Source: Candidatus Parcubacteria bacterium (GTDB lineage Bacteria > Patescibacteriota > Minisyncoccia > UBA6257 > HR35). Taken from it: a stretch of 64,000 nucleotides of DNA. A program made the translations under genes and the position numbers. The stretch's first letter is position 1, and every line of letters begins with the position of its first letter. The stretch covers positions 523,547 through 587,546 of the forward strand of contig AP024681.1 in the NCBI GenBank assembly GCA_025999335.1, written 5' to 3'. Shown piece by piece: positions 58,592 through 64,000 of the stretch. Below the pieces are notes generated by a model that saw only the letters and a list, made by a program, of their open reading frames with translations, searched no databases and was not told the DNA's origin.

Positions 58592-59554
58592 ATGGTAATA
58601 AAAGATAAAGTATACGGAAAAATAAAAATTAAAGAACCTGTTTTGTTAGAATTATTGAAGTCCCCATCGGTTTTGAGATTGAAAAATATTGCTCAATTTG
58701 GCATTCCCGATAAATATTATCACCTTAAAAATTTTAATCGGTACGAACATAGTGTTGGGGTTATGATTCTTTTAAAGAAATTGGGAGCGACGCTAGAAGA
58801 ACAAATCGCGGGTCTTTTACATGATGTTTCAGTTCTGGCTTTTTCTCACATTTCTGATTGGGTTTTCGGAGAGGGACAAAAAGGAATAGAAGATTATCAT
58901 GATAAACTACATAAAATTTTTGTTAAAAATACAGAAATACCGAAAATTTTGGTAAAGCACGATTTTGATCTAGAAAGGATTTTAGATCAGCGTAATTTTA
59001 GTTTACTGGAAAGAAGCGCACCCGATTTATGTGCCGATAGAGTTGATTATTCTTTAAGAGAATTTAAGCATTGGTTAAATCCAAAAATAGTAAGCCTTTG
59101 TATCAAAGGGTTGGTAAATTACAATGGCGAAATGGTTTTCTCAAATCAAAAAACGGCTTTTAATTTTGCAGTTAATTATTTAAAACTTCAAACTCAACAC
59201 TGGGGAGGATATGAAGCTATGATGAGATACTACTTGTTTTCTAGTATTTTGAAAATTGCGATAGAAGAAAAAACTTTGGTAGAAAAAGATTTTTGGAAAG
59301 ACGATAGATGGGTATTAAATAAATTAGAAAGGAGTAAAAAACAAAAAATAAAAGAAGTTTTAAAAGTGTTAAAAAACAAGAGATTAAAAAGAATAAAGAA
59401 CAGTTCAGGTGATAAAATTATTAAAAAATTTAGATACGTTGATCCGAAAGTAATATCAAATGGAAAATTAATTAGATTAAGTCAGTTACTTCCTAAATTT
59501 AAAACAATAATTGATAAACACCGAAAAATAAACGAAAGAGGATTAATTGTATAA
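58592..59554 (+). CDS. HD-domain phosphohydrolase
   Basis: RYEHS.G, LLHD, FSH and ADR.DY motifs. Confidence 0.9.
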   Translation: MVIKDKVYGKIKIKEPVLLELLKSPSVLRLKNIAQFGIPDKYYHLKNFNRYEHSVGVMILLKKLGATLEEQIAGLLHDVSVLAFSHISDWVFGEGQKGIEDYHDKLHKIFVKNTEIPKILVKHDFDLERILDQRNFSLLERSAPDLCADRVDYSLREFKHWLNPKIVSLCIKGLVNYNGEMVFSNQKTAFNFAVNYLKLQTQHWGGYEAMMRYYLFSSILKIAIEEKTLVEKDFWKDDRWVLNKLERSKKQKIKEVLKVLKNKRLKRIKNSSGDKIIKKFRYVDPKVISNGKLIRLSQLLPKFKTIIDKHRKINERGLIV

Positions 59555-59835
59555 ATTTTCGAAAAATACTTTTTATTGAATTAAATTTCAAAAAGTGAGT
59601 CCGCCGAATAGTAGGCGAGTGAAAATTACAGTTGTTTTAAATTTCTCTTTTTTGATTTGCAAATTAAATTAGGTAAAATTACAGTAAAAGTTTGAAACAA
59701 GCTTGATTGCAAAGCACAGAGACTAATTTTCGCTTTTTTCAAAATCACTATTAATTTCTTCGTTTTTCTTTAGTTTTTGCTGGTTTGATAAATTTTTGAG
59801 ATATTTTTAGATTTATCATTTTGTTTAAATAATTT

Positions 59836-59881
59836 TTATCCACACATTGTATTTGCTGTTCTAAGATTAATTAACTATAAT
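59836..59881 (+). promoter_or_regulatory. DnaA box plus sigma70 promoter; likely leaderless
   Basis: TTATCCACA at 59836; TTGCTG-17 bp-TATAAT; ATG follows after 6 nt. Confidence 0.65.
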
Positions 59882-59887
59882 GAAATT

Positions 59888-61897
59888 ATGAATAGATTAT
59901 TAAAATTATTATTTATAATATTTGTCTTTGTGTTGATGATTGTTGGAATAATAAATGTTAAAGCGGAGAAATTATCTATAAAAAATTCCTTAACAAATCA
60001 TTCATTCTATTCTATAAATTCTACAAAAGACATTTTTGGAAATAAAATCGCCTTTTTTAGTTTTAAGAAAGACAATAAAACTAATTTAACAAGCAAACAA
60101 GATATGATGACAAAAATTTCTGTGCCGCAAGTATTAGCTTTAAATGTTAATAAACAAAATCTTGTAAATAAAAATTTACAAACTTCAAAGAAAAAACAAC
60201 CCTTACGACTTCAAAAAAAATCACGAACCATAAAACAAAATAAAAATGCACCGAAACCAATAAATAAAAATTTAAATAAAAGACAATTACAACAAGATGA
60301 TCAAATTTTTAAAGCAATAAGTCAATATCAAGGAAGTGATTCGTTTGGACAATGCGATTCTTTTTCTCCTCAGGTTATTATCAAGGATATTCAAGATACA
60401 AAGGCGCTGGGTTTTGGTTGGGCAAGGCCTATTGGCGATGTATTTGCCCAAGAAACAGTTGAAAGACAGAATGGTAATTACGATTTTTCTACTCCTGATG
60501 CTGCAGTTAGAAAATTGCAAGCGGCAGGTTTAAGGATTTTTGGCACTCTTTTTCCAACAGGTATGCCTAGAATACCACAATCTGTTGATATAAAAAGTTT
60601 TGAAAATTATGTCAAAGTAATAGTTGATCGTTATAATGGCGATGGCAAAAATGATATGCCAGGACTTGTTACTAAAATTACTCATTGGCAAGTTGGCATA
60701 GAACCATTTTGCACTACTGCTGGCGAGAGTTGTTACAAAAATTTCTTTGATTTAGTGAAAACTGCTTACCAAGCAGCAAAAAGTGTTGATACATCGTTAA
60801 TGATTTCTCCTGGAGGACCAGCTCCTATTTTTGATCCTAACGGCAATGAGGATAGAATGGCTGCTGGTATTTTTGGTTATTTTTTTGAAAATGGTGGCGC
60901 AAATTATATGGACTTTTTCAACTTTCATTATCTTGTTGGAGCAAAAAATCATGATATTAAAAGATACATTGATTATTGGAGAAAGTATATTCCTCAAAAT
61001 AAAGAAATTTGGCTCTCGGAAACTGGTAGTCGTGATGTTGGTGATCGACACACTATATCTTCAAATGTTCAAGAAGAAGCGGATTGGGTAAGAAAACATA
61101 TTAATGATTCTTTCCAAGGTGGCATTGCTAAGATTTTTTGGTGTCGCGCTGAACATTCTTATTCTGATATGCCCGAAGTTGTAAAAGTACTTCAAGAATT
61201 CGCAAAGCAATACGGCGGTAATCCTATATGTTCTGTAACTAAAAGGCAAACTCAACCAATATCTATGCAGTCTAATCAGCAAGGAGTAGTTATGCAAGGA
61301 GGTAACATTCAGGAAGGAAATATGCAGCAATTTGGTGGAACAATACCAGCAACTGGAATGGTTCAACAGGGAGGACAATCCCAGATGTTTGGTATGCCTA
61401 ATTTTTCTCAACAACAAAGTGGAAGTATGATGTCTCCTGGAGGTATGCCAATGCAGGGCAATCAAACGCAAGGAGGACAAACGCAAGGTGGGCAACAACA
61501 ATTTGGAGGTATGATGCAACAATCATTAGGAGGGTTTCAGCAATTTGGAGGCAGTTTTCAACAGCCCGGTGGTATGATGCAACAACAAGTTGGTAGTTTT
61601 CAACAGCCCGGTAATTTTCAGCAATTTGGAGGATTTAGTGGCGGAGGTTATTGTGGCGACAATCAATGCGATTTAATCGAACAACAAACTGGAGGTTGTC
61701 CCCAAGATTGTCGTCAGAATAGTGGGACTTTTAAATCTGGTAGTTTTCAACAATTTAGTACTATGATGCAAACAGATGGAAAAACGCAACCTGTTAATAC
61801 TTTTCAACAAATTAAAAATAATTTGCAGCAACCCGAAAGTTTTAGCTCAGATTGTATTCAGGAATTAAATAGGCAAAATACTAGTTTTCAACAATAG
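59888..61897 (+). CDS. Secreted clan GH-A-like glycoside hydrolase with a Q/G-rich tail
   Basis: HWQVGIEP, DFFNFHY and IWLSETG motifs; QQFGG repeats. Confidence 0.75.
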   Translation: MNRLLKLLFIIFVFVLMIVGIINVKAEKLSIKNSLTNHSFYSINSTKDIFGNKIAFFSFKKDNKTNLTSKQDMMTKISVPQVLALNVNKQNLVNKNLQTSKKKQPLRLQKKSRTIKQNKNAPKPINKNLNKRQLQQDDQIFKAISQYQGSDSFGQCDSFSPQVIIKDIQDTKALGFGWARPIGDVFAQETVERQNGNYDFSTPDAAVRKLQAAGLRIFGTLFPTGMPRIPQSVDIKSFENYVKVIVDRYNGDGKNDMPGLVTKITHWQVGIEPFCTTAGESCYKNFFDLVKTAYQAAKSVDTSLMISPGGPAPIFDPNGNEDRMAAGIFGYFFENGGANYMDFFNFHYLVGAKNHDIKRYIDYWRKYIPQNKEIWLSETGSRDVGDRHTISSNVQEEADWVRKHINDSFQGGIAKIFWCRAEHSYSDMPEVVKVLQEFAKQYGGNPICSVTKRQTQPISMQSNQQGVVMQGGNIQEGNMQQFGGTIPATGMVQQGGQSQMFGMPNFSQQQSGSMMSPGGMPMQGNQTQGGQTQGGQQQFGGMMQQSLGGFQQFGGSFQQPGGMMQQQVGSFQQPGNFQQFGGFSGGGYCGDNQCDLIEQQTGGCPQDCRQNSGTFKSGSFQQFSTMMQTDGKTQPVNTFQQIKNNLQQPESFSSDCIQELNRQNTSFQQ

Positions 61898-61955
61898 AAT
61901 AACGTGATGCAAACTATATTATAATTTTAAATATTAATTAGTTCTTTATTAAAAC

Positions 61956-62363
61956 ATGAACGATTGTGTTTTTTGTAAAATTGTTCGGAGAGAAGAACCT
62001 GCAAAAATAATCTATGAAAATGAAGATGTTATCTGTTTTTTGCCGAAGACAATTCAAGTTTATGGACATACTTTGGTTGTTCCTAAGAAGCACTTTCAAG
62101 ATCTTTATGATATTCCGGAAAATTTACTATGCGAGTTAATTAAAATTGTTCAATTTTTAACTAAAGAGTACAAAACAAAAATTGGAGCTACCGGAATGAA
62201 TGTTTTGCATGCTAGCGGCAAAGACGGTCAACAATCTGTATTTCACTTCCACTTCCATTTATTCCCGCGCTTCAAAGATGATGGTTTAGACACTTGGCCT
62301 CAATTGCCTAAAAAAGATTTTGATGCTGATGAGATGTGGCAGAAACTAAAAATAACTAATTAA
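61956..62363 (+). CDS. HIT family hydrolase
   Basis: DCVFC, GHTLVVPK.H and HFHFH motifs. Confidence 0.95.
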   Translation: MNDCVFCKIVRREEPAKIIYENEDVICFLPKTIQVYGHTLVVPKKHFQDLYDIPENLLCELIKIVQFLTKEYKTKIGATGMNVLHASGKDGQQSVFHFHFHLFPRFKDDGLDTWPQLPKKDFDADEMWQKLKITN

Positions 62364-62893
62364 ATTTATTGTGCTCAAATATATTTTGAAATGAAATATA
62401 TATGAGGCTATAACCTTCATAAAAATCGTAAGTCTCGAAGCGAAGAGGAATAGATTTAGTGTTCAGAGAGAAAAATAAGTTACGATGATTGGCGGGGGAT
62501 AAAGGATAAAGTATATTGAATAAGCGATACAGTTGTAATAAAACGCTTGTTTTAACAGAAAGACACGAACTTCAAGATGCTGTGATATTTGTTTTTTGCT
62601 TACGAAAAGAAATTTTACATCATTTAAGCTTTTAAATTTTGTTCAAAAAATTTAACACAAAGTTTAGTATTCAAATATTTTAGTCTCTATATCTTTTAGC
62701 AATAAAAACCTAAAATTCATTGAACATCTTTTAATAGACATAGAAGAAAAAAGAAAAATTGTATAAAATATTATAAAGTATATCGAAGACGAATCCGCTA
62801 AAACTGTTAGAAAGTTATTAAAATAGAAGTTTGATTTTTAAAAATTATTTAGTGAGGTGACCATTGAGTTTGTTGGAATAAGGATTAAATTTT

Positions 62894-63928
62894 ATGAAAA
62901 CATATTTTTCAACATTTATAACTGGCGCACAAGAAATAATAAAAGAATTTCTTGAAAAAAGAGGATGTAAAGTTAAATTATTGCTTGATGGTTTGGTTGT
63001 GTTCGAGTCTAATCGCCCCGCAAACGAAATTAGGCGCTTCCTGATTTTTAATAATACATTTATATTGCTGCGTTCCTTTAGCAACTTTAAGCCAAACATT
63101 AAATCTTTGGAGAGGATACTTGTTATTATTAGCCATAGCAAAGATTTGCTATCAAAAATTGCAAACAATCTTCCTTCGGGCCGAAGGAATTTTAAAATTA
63201 TATGTTCACTAGAGAATCGAATGGTTTCAGTCCGACGTTCTTTATTAAAAGCACTCGAAGCGATTATTTTAAAAATATATGGCATGAGATTAAACATCAA
63301 AAATCCAGATCTTGAATTTTGGTTTCTTTTAAGGCGCGAAGGGTATGGATTTTTTGGTATAAGAATTACTTATCAATCTAGAAAGGAAAAATATCGTGAG
63401 AGAGGTGAACTTAGAAAAGAAATTGCGTATATTATGAGCTTAATATCTGATCCGAGCCCAGAAGATATTGTAATCGATCCATTTGCTGGGTATGGAAGTA
63501 TACCATTAGAACGAGCAAAGAATTTTTCTTATAAGGAAATTATAGCTGTGGATAAAGATAAAAATCTAGTTTCCCGGCTTAAGGAAAAAGTAAAAACTTT
63601 TAAAAGAAAGATAACTATAATTTGGGGTGATGCGTTAGCTTTGGATGAGACACCCGATTTTTATGTTACTAAAATTATTTCTGATCCACCTTGGGGAGAA
63701 TATAAGAAAATTCCGAATCTAGAGAAATTTTATGAAGCTATGCTTAGAGAATTTAACCGAATTTTAAAACCAAACGGTATTATTGTTCTTCTTATTGGTG
63801 CTAAAGAAATTTTTGAGAAGGTTCTACAAGCTAAATTCTCTCGTGTTTTATTGCTTAAAAGAAAATACGACATTCTTGTATCTGGCAAAAAGGCAGCTAT
63901 TTATTGTTTAGTTAAAAATATTTTATAA
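62894..63928 (+). CDS. UPF0020/Trm11-like RNA methyltransferase
   Basis: GEL..IA, DPFAGYGSI and DPPWG motifs. Confidence 0.8.
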   Translation: MKTYFSTFITGAQEIIKEFLEKRGCKVKLLLDGLVVFESNRPANEIRRFLIFNNTFILLRSFSNFKPNIKSLERILVIISHSKDLLSKIANNLPSGRRNFKIICSLENRMVSVRRSLLKALEAIILKIYGMRLNIKNPDLEFWFLLRREGYGFFGIRITYQSRKEKYRERGELRKEIAYIMSLISDPSPEDIVIDPFAGYGSIPLERAKNFSYKEIIAVDKDKNLVSRLKEKVKTFKRKITIIWGDALALDETPDFYVTKIISDPPWGEYKKIPNLEKFYEAMLREFNRILKPNGIIVLLIGAKEIFEKVLQAKFSRVLLLKRKYDILVSGKKAAIYCLVKNIL

Positions 63929-64000
63929 AGATTAAGCCTAACCTATATATTAGTTTAAGAATTATTATATTTCTTATATATTATAAAATTCAATAAGATA

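Noticed and set aside
4080-63300. Short antisense or alternate-frame ORFs in the track (e.g. 4080, 6435, 7780, 11676, 13642, 16008, 18048, 18557, 22177, 22392, 24675, 25239, 27471, 29928, 30779, 31437, 34549, 41242, 44672, 45760, 51857, 55348, 60287-61522, 62845)
   Set aside because: They overlap well-supported genes and have no motifs; treated as shadow ORFs.
1-64000. CRISPR array
   Set aside because: No regularly spaced repeat-spacer series and no cas genes; the repeats found are tandem, palindromic or intragenic.

Overview
Very AT-rich bacterial chromosome segment in the standard genetic code. Gene content points to Patescibacteria/Parcubacteria (inference): short TopA without Zn ribbons, archaeal-type PyrH, DUF5667, DUF2207 and LTD surface proteins, and many apparently leaderless genes. 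Housekeeping genes (topA, rsmI, P-type ATPase, pyrG, tgt, pyrH) alternate with accessory blocks: secreted/surface proteins after tRNA-Pro; an ~11 kb serine-recombinase/primase-helicase element with an R-M system at an intronless tRNA-Asn; and a decayed prophage-like block after a second tRNA-Asn that carries a 225-nt group I intron inside the anticodon. The most unusual signals are: (1) a secreted DUF5667/Kazal protein studded with short fragments resembling GroES, EF-Tu and other abundant proteins, plus a tail-tube-like domain; (2) a ~300-bp unit of tRNA 5' half, GIY-YIG gene and tRNA whose breakpoint lies one nucleotide from the intron site of the other tRNA-Asn; (3) a family of in-frame inverted-array insertions, built from paired units about one helical turn apart, inside core enzymes (ROK, PyrG, M23, TGT); (4) several families of short palindromic elements, including a perfect 32-34 bp palindrome bracketing an ArsR-like gene. 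All family assignments come from motif recognition by eye; no searches were run.
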